Assembly: GCF_004010195.1 (NCBI RefSeq)
Contig: NC_057720.1
Coordinates: 31,787,366-31,850,830, forward strand
Length of the DNA: 63,465 nucleotides
Source of the DNA: Chiloscyllium plagiosum
Lineage: Eukaryota
Direction of reading: 5' to 3'
Shown piece by piece: positions 39,187 to 52,383 of this stretch; within the stretch, counting starts at the first letter, position 1, and each line of letters begins with the position of its first letter. A program made the translations under genes and the position numbers. The notes under the pieces are model-generated. The model did not search any database. It saw only the letters and a program-made list of their open reading frames with translations, and was not told where the DNA came from.

Positions 39187-41692
39187 CTACAACATAACTT
39201 CCCAACTTCTATACTCAAAGTCCTGACTGATGAAGGCCAGTGTGCCAAAAGCCTTCTTCACTGCCCAATCTATCTGTGACTCCACTTTCAAAGAACTATG
39301 CACCTGAACTGCAAGGTCCTCTGTTGCACTACACTCCTTAAGGCTTACCATTCACTGTGAAACTCCTACCTTGAATTGACATTACAAATGCAAGACCTCA
39401 TACTTATCTATATTAAATTCCATTTGCCATTTCTCATCCCACTTCCCCAGCTGGTCAAGGTCCTGCTGCAACTTCTGATAACCTTCCTCACTGTGCACAA
39501 TACACCTGTTTTAGTGTCATCTGCAAACTTACTAATCATACTTTGTACATTCTCATCCAAATCATTCATATAGATAATAAACAGTAATGGGCCCAGCACC
39601 GACTCCTAAAGCACTCCACTAGTCACAGGCCTCCACCCCGACAAACATCCTTCCACTATTACTCTCTGCTTCCTACCATCAAGCCAATTGTGCATCTTGA
39701 GAACTTGAGGGATACATTATATGGAATATGTTTAAATGTTTGTTTAATTCAATGTGCATAGCTGCATGAAATGTAAAGCATTTCCTATTGAATGGCCAAA
39801 TTGTTTATTATTTAGAACATTTCACAGTTTGAGAGTCTAACCTTTCATTTGGTCATATCTTGGCTGAAACTGAAACCAGATAATGGACACGAAAGGCATT
39901 CCAAATATTCTCTAACCTGAAAATTTAATGATTGCTCTTTAAATAAAATTATTCATTAACTTCTTCTATGTCTGTCTGTCAGTATGTGTTTTATTTTCCA
40001 GTGTATAGTTCAGTTAATGTTACAGTTTAGAAGGCAACTGAGAGATGCTAGACTTTATATAAAGTTGTTTTTGTTCAATGATGTTTCAGTGTTTTAAATG
40101 CTTGTTCATCTAATCCCGTGATTGGGTGTGGTGTTTTGCTGTCTGGCAGTTTTATTCTGTACTCTTTGTTCCTTCTGTGTTGCTCCTAGGGTGCCAAGTT
40201 TCGGTGATACTGACAAGCAGTATGATTTCTGCATCATTTATTGAATGGATGTTTCTTGAACATAGCTAAGGGAAGGCCCAGAGAGAATTGTACTGGGAGC
40301 AACTACTATTCAGCAATCCCAAATGTAATATTCTGCCTGCTCAGTATTTTCAATATTCCCACTGGAAAATATTTCCTCTTGGCATATCTTTCACTTGTGA
40401 GTTAGCAAATCAGAAGCAAATAACCAGATTCAGAAATATTTGTTTGCGGGTACAAGTTACATCTTTGTGCTAACTGCCATGTTTAAGTAGCAAAGCTAAT
40501 TTCTTGGAAATCAGTATTTTGACAATAGCTTAGTGTTTGATCTTTGAAAGCAGTTGCAATAGGTGGATGCATTTTGGTTGTAACGTAAAAGCAGCTGGTG
40601 TGAAATTCCATCTAAAACCAATTCCACAATCTATACTTGAAAGACTTAAAAAGCAGCTGTGGTGCTGAAGTAGTTGTTTTTTTTTTGCTTCAGTGTAGAA
40701 ATACACTGTTATTCTGTTTATTGCTTTGTTCCTTTTTTTCCCTTGCCCCTTAATAGCCTCTGCTAGTTTTTTCTTCAGTTCCTCCCTCACCATTTATCCA
40801 TCTCTCATTAACTCTCCTTTAGCTTTATGACCCTCACCTCTCCCATTTTTTCTATCAGTTATTAACTTCATTCCCAGCCCATTTAACTAACAGGGTTGCA
40901 TATGCCACTATCTTGTGTGTTTATTTTCATGATTATGCAATATTTCTGTAGGTAGTTTCTTTCCACAACCCCCAATCTCAAATTCCGTAGCATTACCTTG
41001 CATCAGTAAAGTAATTTACCTAAAATGGGTATGAAACATGCTCATTGCTTTTTAGATCATGTCTGGACAGGATTATTTGACAAATTCCTGGTGCAAAATG
41101 TGGCAAAATAATGCTGATATCTCCCACTCACAGCAGCATAATAAATCATTTTGTAAATTGTGTTTATGGATAGGTTATTAGGATGAATCAACTATTAAGG
41201 TAGACAAAATCCATATTAGGAAGAATGCTATGATCTAAGAAGAGTGAAAGCTGAGAGTCTCTGACTCAATGTGTGGTATTGTCTTGCTGAAAGGTCAGAG
41301 ATGTTGAATGATAGAGCAGCTCCTGAGGGGTCTGTCTTGAATACTACAAGCTTTGATTAGGAGTGCTGTTCCTTGATCTTGAATAATCCTTCAGAGGCTT
41401 GAGAAACTGTGGTGATTCTGCTTGTCTGAATTGTGACCTTGAGTGAGTCACGAGGAATTTTCACAGAATTGAATTAAATTTTTAATAAAATGGGCTGACG
41501 TAACAGCTCAAGTACCGAGACCACTGATGCTAGAAGCTGATTTACCTCAAAACCAAAACATTCATTTTTTTTGTTGAAAGAAAAGAATTTGAAGTTTTTC
41601 TTTGAAACTGAATGCTTTCATACTTTTTTTGCCCTTTTTACTGCAGAATCACAGACTTGTTTGACCCCAAAGGGAAGCCTTTTGGCTCATCA

Positions 41693-42080
41693 TGTCATAG
41701 AATCAGAGAGATGTACAGCATGGAAATAGCCCCTTCGGTCCAACTCGTCCATGCAGACCAGTTATCCTAAATTAATGTAGTTCCATTTGCCTGCATTTGC
41801 CCCCATATCCCTCTAAACTTTTCCTATTCACGTACACATTATAGATGCCTTTTAAGTGTTATAATTGTACCAACCTCCACCACTTCCTCTGGCAGTTCAT
41901 TCCAATGCTTGAAAAAGTTGCCCCTTAGGTGTCTTTTAAATCCTTCACCTCTCACCTTAAACCTATGCCCTTTAGTTTTGGACCCCCCTACCTTAGGGAA
42001 AAGACCTTGTCTATTCACCCAATCTGTGTCCCTCATGATTTTATAAACTTCTACCCCTCAGCCTCCAACGCCTGAGTGAA
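41693..42080 (-). mobile_element. CR1 LINE 3' fragment
   Basis: KGHRFKVRGEGFKRHLRGNFF..WNELPEEVVE. Confidence 0.85.
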
Positions 42081-43802
42081 AACAAATTAGCTGATTTTAT
42101 TAATAACTTTTTCCTGTCTCTCTCTCTCTTCTTTGAATCTGCCATAATCAGCCCTTCGGTCAAAAAAAAAACCTCTTGATATTCAACCTATTATCATGAT
42201 GACATGAAAAAGTTTGTTTTTCTCTGTAGAATAAAGGTGTTCAAGAAACAAACTGAATTCAGGAGTGTCATGTTTATTTACCCATCATGATGTCTGAAAA
42301 TGGTTTTATTAGAATTAAGTAGAAAGTTAGTTTCTGACACTGTAACCAGTTCGATAGCTGGAATTGAAAGCACAAAGAATTGTTAAAAGAGTGCAGTATA
42401 TTTCTGTGACACTAGTAGTTATTTTAGCTCAGCCTATGGATTATTTTATTGATCATAAATAATGTAATTAATAAACTGTGCCTATAGAAATTCTATCTAT
42501 GTCAAGTAAAAATATTGTTATCCTATACTTTATTTTGCAGTTGCTAGTTATGTATTGGAACTACGGTTAGGTCAATGAAAGGCCTTCCACAATAATGTTA
42601 CAATTTAAAATGGCACTTTGAAAACTGCCAGACATTATTTTGTTATATTCTTGCCTGACCTATTATTTAATGGTTCCACGCCAGTGCACAAGATACGGAT
42701 AATGTGAAATCAAAACATGTTGTGTTGTTCTCTTGAAATATTTGAATTTCCATGTCACTTTGCTTACAGTGCAAGGTAAATGTAGTTTAGGGTGTATCTT
42801 CATTCTGAGCATAATTTATTCAACCTTACAAGCACAATTAACAGCATTTTCTTCTGTTCGTGTAAAACTTTATAACGCTACCATTTGAATTCTCCTAAAA
42901 CATCAGATGGGATTGCCTTCTGATAGTTTATGGAAGCTATAGAGCTATTCTAGGAGTTGTCCAAAGTGTGTCTTCGAGCTGATGAGGTTTGTTAAAGGGA
43001 TGTCAAGATGTGTTCCCTTAAATGCGCAATTCACTACAATTTTGTATTTGCAAAAAGCAGAAGGGAATGCTTTGACAGGCCAGGCCGCTGTGCAATTGGC
43101 ACATCTGATTTACAGCATTTCAGCTAAACCAATTGGCACAACATTTACTGGAGTCACACTCACTGCACAGCATCATTGCAAATGTTTTGCAGATTTCAGC
43201 ACATTTAAAAAAGAAAACCTCTGTGGTAGCATTATTGCAGGTGTGTTCTGAATAGCTTATTAAAAGCCGAGTGTCCGAAACAAACCCATCTCACAGGCCC
43301 GCAGAGACCAACATCTGGTGACAGATACAAAGAGGGGACAAGCATCTGTGCAGCTTTACCTGACTAAGTAAAAAATATTAATCTATTGTGTTTATTTTCT
43401 CACTGAAAACATGACAAAACCTTTTGTTTAACTCATTCACTGGATGTGGTCTCACTGGCTAGATTGCCTACACTTAATTGCCCAGAGGACAGTTAAGAGT
43501 CAGTACTGTGGCTTTGAGATCACACATAGCTCAGATTGGGTAAAGATGTGTTATTTTGATAAACAGAATTTTTCATGGCTGTTCTCAGTATCCTCATACT
43601 ACCTGTAAATGTCAGTTTCAGCTGACTGTCCATTATTATTATAAATGGAAACTTGACCTGAGATATGAAATATCTGGGATAAAGGATAACCAATAAATCC
43701 TTTTAACTTTGAGAAATTGATCATCAGTCGAAGTACCATGGGCTTTATATTTATAAACTGGTGGAAAATGGCATTATCTTTTAATTACTTGCATGATGTG
43801 GG

Positions 43803-46370
43803 TCATAAAGTCATAGAGCCAAAGAGTCATATGGCACGGAAACAGACCCCTCAATCCAACTTGTCTGTGTCGACCAAGTTTCCCAAACTTAACTAGTCCC
43901 ATTTGCCTGCGTTTGGCCCATATCTCTCTAAATCTTTCTTAGACATGTACCTGTCCAAATGTCTTTTAAATGTTGTAACTGTACCTGAGTTGAAATGTGT
44001 GGCACTGGAAAAGCACAGCAGATCTAGCAGCATCCGAGGAGCAGGAGAATTGATGTTTCAGGCATAAGCCCTCCTGATGAAGGGCTTATGCCTGAAACGC
44101 TGACTCTCCTGCTCCTCGGATGCTGGCTGATCTGTTGTGCTTTTCCAGTGCCACATATTTCGACTCTGATCTCCAGCATCTGCAGTCCCCACTTTCTCCT
44201 TAACTGTACCTGCATCTGCCACTTCCTGTGGCAGTTCATTCTACATGCAAACTACCCCCTGTGTGAAAAGGTTGTCCCTCGAGTCCCTTTCAAATCTTTT
44301 TCCTCTCAGCTTAAAACGATGCCTCCTAGTTTTGAACTCCCCCACCCTCTGAAAAAGACTCTAACTATTCACCTTATCTATGCCCCTCATTATTTTATAA
44401 ACCTCTATAAAGTCACTCCTCAACCTCCTAAGCTCTTGTGAAAAAAGTCCCAGCTTATGCAGCCTCTCCTTACAACTCAAACCCTCCAATCCTGGCAACA
44501 TCCTTGTAAATCTTTTCTGAACCCTCTCCAATTTAATAATGTCCCTTCTATAGCAGGGTGACCAGAACTGTACATAATACTCCAGAAGGTGCCTCACCAA
44601 TGTCCTGTACAACTTCAATACGATGTCTCAACTCCTATTCTCAGTGGTCTGAGCAATGAAGGTAAGCATGCAAAATGCCTTCTTCACTATCTTGTCTACC
44701 TATGATGCAACTTTCAAAGTTTCCACTGGCAGTTGAAACTAGGACAAGAGGGCGTGGCCTCAAGATTCCAGGGAGCAGACTTAGGACCGAATTGAAAAGA
44801 AACCTGTTCACTCAGAAGGTTGTTAATCTTTGGAATTCCTTGCCCAGTGAAGTAGTTGACTCTACTTCAGTAAACGTTTTTAAAGCTAAGGTAGACTTTT
44901 TTTAAGAATAAAGGAACAAAGGGATATGGTGAGAGTGTGGGTATGTGGATCTGAGTCCACGAGAAGAGCAGCCATGATCTTATTGAAAGGCAGAGCAGAC
45001 TCAAAGGGCCAGATGGCCTACTCCTGTTCCTAGTTCTTCTGTTCTATGTACCTGAACGCTAAAGTCTCTCTGTTCTACACTATGCAGGGCCCCATTAGCT
45101 GTATAAGTCCTTCCCTTGTTTGTTTTATTAAAATGCAATACCTCTCATTTATCCAAATTAAACTCCATCTGCCGCTCCTCAGCCCATTGGTCCAATTGTT
45201 TAAGATCCATTTGTAATCTTAGATTTTTTTACTGTCCATTGCGCCACCAATTTTGTGTATCATCTGCAAACTTACCAATCCTCCTATATTGTCATCCAAA
45301 TTGATTATATAAATGACAAACAACAGTGAACCCAACACTCATCCCAGTGGAACACTGCTGGCTGCAGGTCTCCAGTCCAAAAAACAAACCCCCCACCACC
45401 TCCTACCATCAAGTCAATTTTGTATTAATTTGGCAAGCTCATCCTGAACCCAATGTGATCTAACTTTACTAATCAGTCCGCTATGCAGAACCTTGTGATA
45501 GGCTTTACTAAAGTCTATTTGGACAATGTCTACCATTCTGCCCTCACCTATCTTTTTGGTCACATCCTCAAAAAACTCAATCAAGTTTGTGAGACACAAT
45601 TTTCCACACACAAAACCATACTGACTATCCCTAATTAGTCCCTGCCTCTCCAAATACATGTAAGTCCTGTCTCTAAGAATCCCCTCCAACGACTTGCCCA
45701 CCACTGATGTCAGACTCACCAATCTGTGGTTCCCAGGATTCTCCTTACAGCCTTTCTTAAATAAGGGTACAACTTTACTCACCCTACAGTCTTCTGGCAC
45801 CTCACCCATGGCTGTAGATGATACAAATATATTTGCTAGGGGATCCGCAACTTCTTCCCTAGGTTCCCACAATATCTTGGAATGTACTTGATCAGGTCCT
45901 GGAGATTTATCCACCTTCATGTTTTTTTTAAGACCTCCAGCACCTTCTGTTTTGTGATGTGGACTGTTTTCAAGACATCAATATTTATTTTCCCGAGTTC
46001 CCTTGCCTCCATTTCTTTCTCCACAATAAATACTGATGCAAAACATTCATTTAGTATCTGTCCCATCTCCTCTGGTTCCACACATAGACAACCTTGTTGA
46101 TCTTTTAGAGGTCCTGTTCTCTCCTTAGTTGCTCTTAATGTACTTGTAGAATCTTTTTGGATTATCTTTAACCTTATCTGCCAAGGCCATCTCAAATCCC
46201 CCTTTTTCCCTCCCTGATTTCCCTCTTAAGATTGCCCCTGCACCCCTTATACTCTCCAAGAATAACATGTACCTAGCATTTGCCTCCTCCTTCTTGACTG
46301 AGCCTCAATATATATTTTCACCAATTGTCCCTTGCTCCTACCAGCCATACCCTTCACTGTAACAGGAACA
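43803..46370 (-). mobile_element. CR1 LINE (~2.5 kb 3' part) with nested + strand CR1 tail (~44720-45047) and Penelope-type insertion
   Basis: KSPGPDQVH..VVPLFKKG..LVSLTSVVGK..DFSKAY; LYRTLVRHLLEYYVQFWSP. Confidence 0.88.
43988..44200 (+). mobile_element. Fold-back Penelope-type insertion (family A)
   Basis: 12-bp TSD taactgtacctg at 43976-43987 and 44201-44212; CTGATGA at 44074-44080, stem gggc-ttat-gcct, GAAA at 44094-44097. Confidence 0.88.
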
Positions 46371-46374
46371 TATG

Positions 46375-47340
46375 GGTGGCCAGCATTTATTGGCTGTCCC
46401 TAGTTTCCCTTAAAGTAGTGGTAAGCCACCTTTGTGAACTGCTGCAGACATGCTGGAGTTGATCTACAATAACTTTATGGAGGGTATTCCAAGATTTTGA
46501 CCGAGCGACAGTGAAGAAATGATGATGTATTTCCAAGTCAGGATCATGAGTGGCTTGGAGGGGAACTTGCATTTGTCTTCTCGATGGAAGTGGTCGTGGG
46601 TTTGGAAGGTGCTGTTTGAGGCTCTTTGGTGAATTTCTGTAGTCCATCTTGTATACATTATTACACTAGCATACCCTGACAATACATACTGCTGCAACTG
46701 AGTGTCAGTGGTGGAGAGCGTGGACATTTGTCGGTGTGGTGCCAATCAAGCTGTTTGCTTTGTCCTGGATGGTGTCAAGCTTCTTGAGTGTTGTTGGAAC
46801 TGCATTCATCTAGGCAAGTGGGGAGTATTCTATCACACTCCTGACCTATGCCTTGTAGATGGTGGACAGGCTTTGGGGAATCAGGAGGTGAATTACTCAT
46901 TGCAGTATCCCTAATCTCTGACCTACTCTTGGAGCCACTATGTTTATATGGTGAGTCTGGATGAGTTTCTGGTCAATGGTAACCCCCAGGATGTTGATAG
47001 TGGGAGATTCAGTGATGGTAACATCATTTAATGCCAAGGGACGGTGGTTAGATTGTCTCTTGTTGGTGATGGTTATCGCCTGGCATTTGTTTAGTGTGAA
47101 TGTTACTTGCCACTTGTCAGTCCAAGCCTGGATGTTGTCTAGATCTTGCTACTTTTGAAATATGGACTGCTTCAGTGTCTGATGAGTTGTGAATGATGCT
47201 GAACATTGTGCAATCATTTCTAAACATCCCCACTTCTGACCTTATGATGGAGAGAAAGTCATTGATGAAGCAGTTGAAGATGGTTGGGCCTAGAACATTA
47301 CACTGAGGAACTCCTGCAGAGGTGTTCTGGGGCTGACAAG
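46375..47340 (-). mobile_element. CR1-group LINE 3' region (same subfamily as 15140-16495)
   Basis: AGVPQCNVLGPTIFNCFIND..MFRNDCTMF; reverse complement resembles 15360-16470. Confidence 0.8.
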
Positions 47341-47411
47341 ATCTGACCATTCTGCCAGATCAAGCAGCCAGACGAAAAAACAACTTTGTGCTGAAAGCAA
47401 GAATAGACTGG

Positions 47412-47804
47412 TAGATAAAGAAAAGCAAAGTGCTTTAAATGTTCTTGAAAAGGATTGCAGTTTAGCAAAATTAAAACTGGGGTCCCAGCCTTTTTATATA
47501 AATGATAACTTTCTCAGTGGTTGTTTTGGTCTTCAATTACAATTTCTGCAAAAGAGCTGTGATAGCACTGGAGAGCATTTACACATGTTTTCACCCTGGG
47601 TTTCTTTAGCAGAATAAAGAATAACAAGTGCTTTATATGCTCTTGAAATGGATAGCAGTTTAGCAAAATTAAAACTGGGGTCTCAGCCTTTTTTATATAA
47701 ATGATAACTTTCTCAGTGGTTGTTTTGTTCTTCAATTACAATTTCTGTAAAAGAGCTGCGAAAGCGCTGGAGAGCATTTAAACATGATTTCTTCCTGGGT
47801 TCCT
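47412..47804. repeat. Diverged tandem duplication, period ~198 bp
   Basis: cagtttagcaaaattaaaactgggg at 47458 and 47656, with colinear flanks. Confidence 0.9.
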
Positions 47805-48838
47805 GGGTACTCTGCTGAAATTGTGTTGGAAGAGTACGGTAAACCATGTTGAAATTCACCCCTACATCCCTTACTGTTTCAAATGACTAATGAAGCTATT
47901 GATAGTACTCATCCTAATTAATCAAACCTGGTCCACTTGAACTATATGTTGCAGAAGCCAGTCACAGGAGAAGCTACAATCTTTGGCTAACAAGAACTGC
48001 ATTTCCTGATATAAAATTTGACTCAATTAGATTGGCCCTGAGCATTTTGTGTAGTTACCTTTTGCAAATCAGAAGCCAATTAAATTTTAGTTGATAGTAC
48101 TCAATTGAATATATAATTTCATAGATTATATATGTTATACCTTGCTTGTGGGCCATCAAGCTAAGGATTTTGAACAGCATATCATACAACAGCACTTCTA
48201 AACTTTCCTAGACTCATGAGTGGAAACTGAATTGGTTCTGTGATCTCTTGTGATTGAAGTGCTATTTGTAATGCTGCTCTTAATTTATCACTTTATGATT
48301 TATGAGTTGTCCTTTTTGCTTCATATGTGGAGCTAATTTATCTCTGCAGCCTATGACGTGTTTGATTCAGCTAGTGAATGCTATTTTTTTCCTAAACGTA
48401 AATAACGTAACAAATTTCACCTGAAACATTGCCCTCAAAGATTTTTGAGGGCAGAGTTTTAAATAGGGAGAGGAATGCAAAGGGAATATTAGAAGTGTGG
48501 GCATTTGAAGGCATGGTCATCATTGAGAGGAGCCAAAGAATGAGGGTATACATCAGCCCAGCCTCAGTGGGACAGAGAATTACACCCAGGACAAAATGGT
48601 GAGCTTTGAGAGGGAACTTGTTTATTTTCACTTAGTCTAGTGTGAATAGTTCAGAACTCTCTTCCTGTAGTTGTTATGTCCTTGGGCAGAATACAGAAGA
48701 GGGCAGTACTAAAGATTAGGCACCTGAGCCAAAGTTATTGCTATAAGATTGCCAGGAGGTCTTACTTTTGGGGGAGGGGGGTGCAGGGGGAAGGGTTAGG
48801 ATTCTTGGGATTTTACATCAACTGAATCCTGTTAACTT

Positions 48839-49158
48839 CCATAGCAGAAGCATAATGTTTGTAAACAGGAGTACAAACTGGAACTGAGAAGATGAAAAGT
48901 ATTGCATTTCAACTATTTTGCATTGAGGATTATGAAGGTATGGAACAAACTGTCCAGATTCAATGGAAATTCAATAAACTATAGGAGCATTGAAACAACC
49001 ATAGCAGAAGCATAATGTTTGTAAACAGGAGTACAAACTGGAGCTGAGAAGATGGAAAGTATTGCATTTCAACTATTTTGCATTGAGGATTATGAAGGTA
49101 TGGAACAAACTGTTCAGATTCAATGGAAATTCAATAAACTATAGGAGCATTGAAACAA
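48839..49158. repeat. 160-bp tandem duplication
   Basis: 48839-48998 versus 48999-49158; 3 substitutions. Confidence 0.93.
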
Positions 49159-49430
49159 GAGTAGGCCATTCAACCCCTCAAACCTGATCCAATATTCAAT
49201 TAGATCATTGCTGTGGTCCAACTCCATATACCCACCTTTGGCCCACATCCCTTGATACCTTTGCTTAACAAAAGTTTATCTATCTCGGATTTAAAATTAA
49301 CGATACAGCAAGCATCTACTGTCATTTGTAGAAGAGAGTTCCAAATATCTCCCACCCTTTGTGAGTGGAAGTGCTTCCTAACAGCTCTCCTGAATAGTTT
49401 GATCCTAATTTTTAGACTCTGTGCCCTTTG
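49140..49430 (-). mobile_element. CR1 3' fragment
   Basis: gagtaggccattcaacccctc..CR1 3' UTR in reverse. Confidence 0.72.
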
Positions 49431-50303
49431 ATGAAAGAAATTACTGAAAGGATATAGAAGAAAGAATACAGTATCTTTTTCTCAAGCTTGGCATTTAATG
49501 GTTTTTCTTGTAACTTTCGACATTCCTTTTTCTTTTAACCACTGGTGACCATCCAACAAATTGTCTACCAGTCTTTAGGCATGCCCCACCCTTGAGCAAT
49601 GCACACCAGTCATGAGCTCTGTACAGTATAGGGCAAAATAGCTTAACTTAGCTGTGGCTGATCCCTCAATATAAGCAGCTGCTACATGGTGATCAAGAAT
49701 CTTGGGCAGTGTATGTGTACTTCTAAAGATGCTGATTAACTAGGACTTCAGAAATAGAATTGCAGGAGGAAACAAACATTGTATTGTTCTTAAATAATAC
49801 AACTGAACTGTGCTTATTGTTTGTAAAAATTTAAAAAGAAGCCATTTATTTCTGAAATTAGACTGCTGAACAGCATCAAAAAGAGTTCAATTTAATAGCA
49901 CCATAGACACACAGACATATCGGAATGGAATCAAGTGAACAGCCCAGTTTATTTTAAAATAAGCCATATCAGTGATATGTCCTACATTAAATTTGGAAGT
50001 ATAACCTGATGAAGCCTTGACACTCTTAGCAATCAGTGTTATTTTCTATCTGTGCCTTATCTGGTCAGCTGAAATAAGTTTTAGTCAATGGAATAAAAAT
50101 TAAAATAAATATTAAGCATAAATAAGGCTTGTGATAATTGTTTGTTGAAGTAGGTATGTGAACACTATTTTGTGTAGTGTAAGAGAAGTCTACTTTCTCA
50201 GTGTAAAAGATAATCCCTTCTCTCCAACTTCCAAAAGAGATTCCACTGTGTTGTATCCCAATGTATAAATGTTCTTTAAAAATTTCTTGTTAAGAGTAGT
50301 ATA

Positions 50304-50510
50304 GTCAGAAGTCACATGATACCAGCTATTAGTCCAGCAGGTTTTTATTTGAAATCGCAAGCTTTTGGAGCAATACTCCTTCGTCAGGTGAAGTGATGAA
50401 GGAGCAGAGTTCTGAAAGCTTGTGATTCCAAACAAACTTGTTAAACTACACCCAGTGTTGTGTGACTTCTGACTTTGTCCACCCCAGTCAGCACTCAGTA
50501 CTTCCACATC
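50304..50510 (+). mobile_element. Older fold-back Penelope-type insertion (family B)
   Basis: Inverted arms meet at ~50390 between two decayed hammerhead cores; terminus tttgtccaccccagtc as in 23331-23346. Confidence 0.78.
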
Positions 50511-51716
50511 AAGAGAAATGTAAGTAAGGCTGAGGATAATTCATCCTGTCTCCTGAAGACATGTGTTCTTTCTTTGGATGTGGACATTGCTAAAATAGCT
50601 GTCAGTTTTTTGCACCTCTCATTGCCGTGGGAAGGTTATGGTAGCACTGCACTTCATATTTACGAGAAGGATTGTAAATGCTGAGTGACTTGTTAAGCCA
50701 CTTCAGAAGAGAGTTGAAGGTCAGTTGCATTGATGTGGTCCACAAAAGCCAGACCAGATAAGAGCAGGCAGTTTCTTTCTGTAAAGAGCAATAGTGAACT
50801 AATTGGGGTTTATCAGCAAACCAACTGCTTTGTTGCCACTTTTGCTAATACCGGTTTTTTTACTTCCAGAATTTCAAAAAAATTCAAAGTTTCAAAAGTG
50901 CCACGGTGAGATTTCACCTGCAGCACAACAGAGATCTTGAATTCAGTGTGTGCAAACTTCTCATCAGTTTGAGGACTCGTTACTTGGATATCAGGATTAC
51001 TGGTTATTTTTTACTTCTTCTTATCTACTGTGCAAGATTCATAATTTTCTGTATTCATTAAATTTCTTGTGTGGTCACGTACTTCCACCTAGCTTCTTGT
51101 TATAATTTTTGATTATTTTTATGGTAGTGTAGTTGTAGTATCGGCAGCAGTTGGCAACAAGTTTCTGACACTCCTACTCAACTCCCTTATGATTTTTAAT
51201 ATATTAAAACAATGTCTGTTCATCGGCTGACCATGTGTAATGTTGTGGACAGTTTCCTAGTGAGTAGAAAGTGGTCCTTATGGTCCAGATGATGCCATCC
51301 TTTTTGTTTAATATTCTTGCAACGATGCATAGTTGAGGCGCAAAAGGTTAATCTTCTGATAGTAATCTGTCTGTTTAATTTAACATTTGTCTCATGCATC
51401 ATTTTTAAATTGTTGGTATTATGACATGGATTGAAATCTGTATTTACAAATAAATTATATGAAGTATAACAAGGAAATACCAATGAAATTAAGAAACTCG
51501 AGTAAAGTAAGCCCTTAATGAGCAGCACCAACTTCTAATTGAGTTAAATAATGAACAAATTTGTTTCAACAAATATGATTCATGTGCTCAAATCTTCAGT
51601 ATCCCTCTGGCACACTGATTTTATCAAGAACTCTAGTTGAAAGTACAATTTTGCCAAACAACTTGAGTGTAGTTTCAAATATCTGCCTTTTAAATCCATC
51701 AACATCAAAATTAACA

Positions 51717-51849
51717 CTAAAACAAAGAACTGTGAATGCTGAAATTTGAAACAACAACCGAAATTGCTGGAGAAATTCAGCAGGTCTGGCCACATCTGTC
51801 AATGAAAGCAGAGGCAATGTTTTGGGTCCAGTGACCTTCATCAGAACAG
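51717..51849 (-). mobile_element. Penelope-type terminal-repeat fragment (family C)
   Basis: Minus strand reads gtt-CTGATGA-a-ggtc-actg-gacc-caaaacatt..cagatgtggccagacctgctgaatt. Confidence 0.68.
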
Positions 51850-52255
51850 TTTGCAGTTTGAAGTAGTTTTCTGGGAAAGCTATTCAAAATTACTTTATCT
51901 AGTAAGTGTCCTCTTTATATGTCATTGTGTTGTAAGAGGAAACTAATAATGAACCTATTCCTATGTTGATGGACTTAAAAGGCAGATGTAACTTGGTCTT
52001 GATGGAGGTGGAGCTGGACATGAACCAAAGGAATAGAGTGAACTCGATGGGCTGATCGGCCTTTTCTGGGTATTACAGTATACTTTGTTAAGTGCCCAAA
52101 ATATTTCTTAAATTTTATATATCATTTTTTCATTAAATTTGATTGCCTTCGATCAGTGGTGTTTGTTGATATTATTGACAGTGTTGCTCTTAAAAAATAT
52201 ATTGCCGTAGCATGAACTTGCTTGGTGGCTGATCATTGTTGTTTGTTGAAGTGAC

Positions 52256-52383
52256 ATCCCTGATGAAGAGCTTATGCTTGAACCGTTGACTCTCCTGCTC
52301 CTCGGATGCTGCCTGACCAGCTGTGCTTTTCCACTGCCACACTTTTTGACTGATCTCCAGCATCTGCAGTCCTCACTTTTGCC
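52256..52383 (+). mobile_element. Penelope-type terminal-repeat fragment (family A)
   Basis: cCTGATGAagagcttatgcttgaacc..gatgctgcctgacc..ctccagcatctgcagtcctcacttt. Confidence 0.78.

Larger units (their letters stand above)
38128..39695 (-). mobile_element. CR1 LINE 3' region with nested SINE and Penelope-type insertions
   Basis: LGPLLFIIYMNDLD..SKFADDTK and QFWSPCYRKDVIKLERVQ. Confidence 0.85.

Noticed and set aside
40190..40270. Possible exon after a pyrimidine tract and ctag acceptor
   Set aside because: The phase-0 frame stops within 6 codons and no frame resembles the BTBD19 BACK domain.
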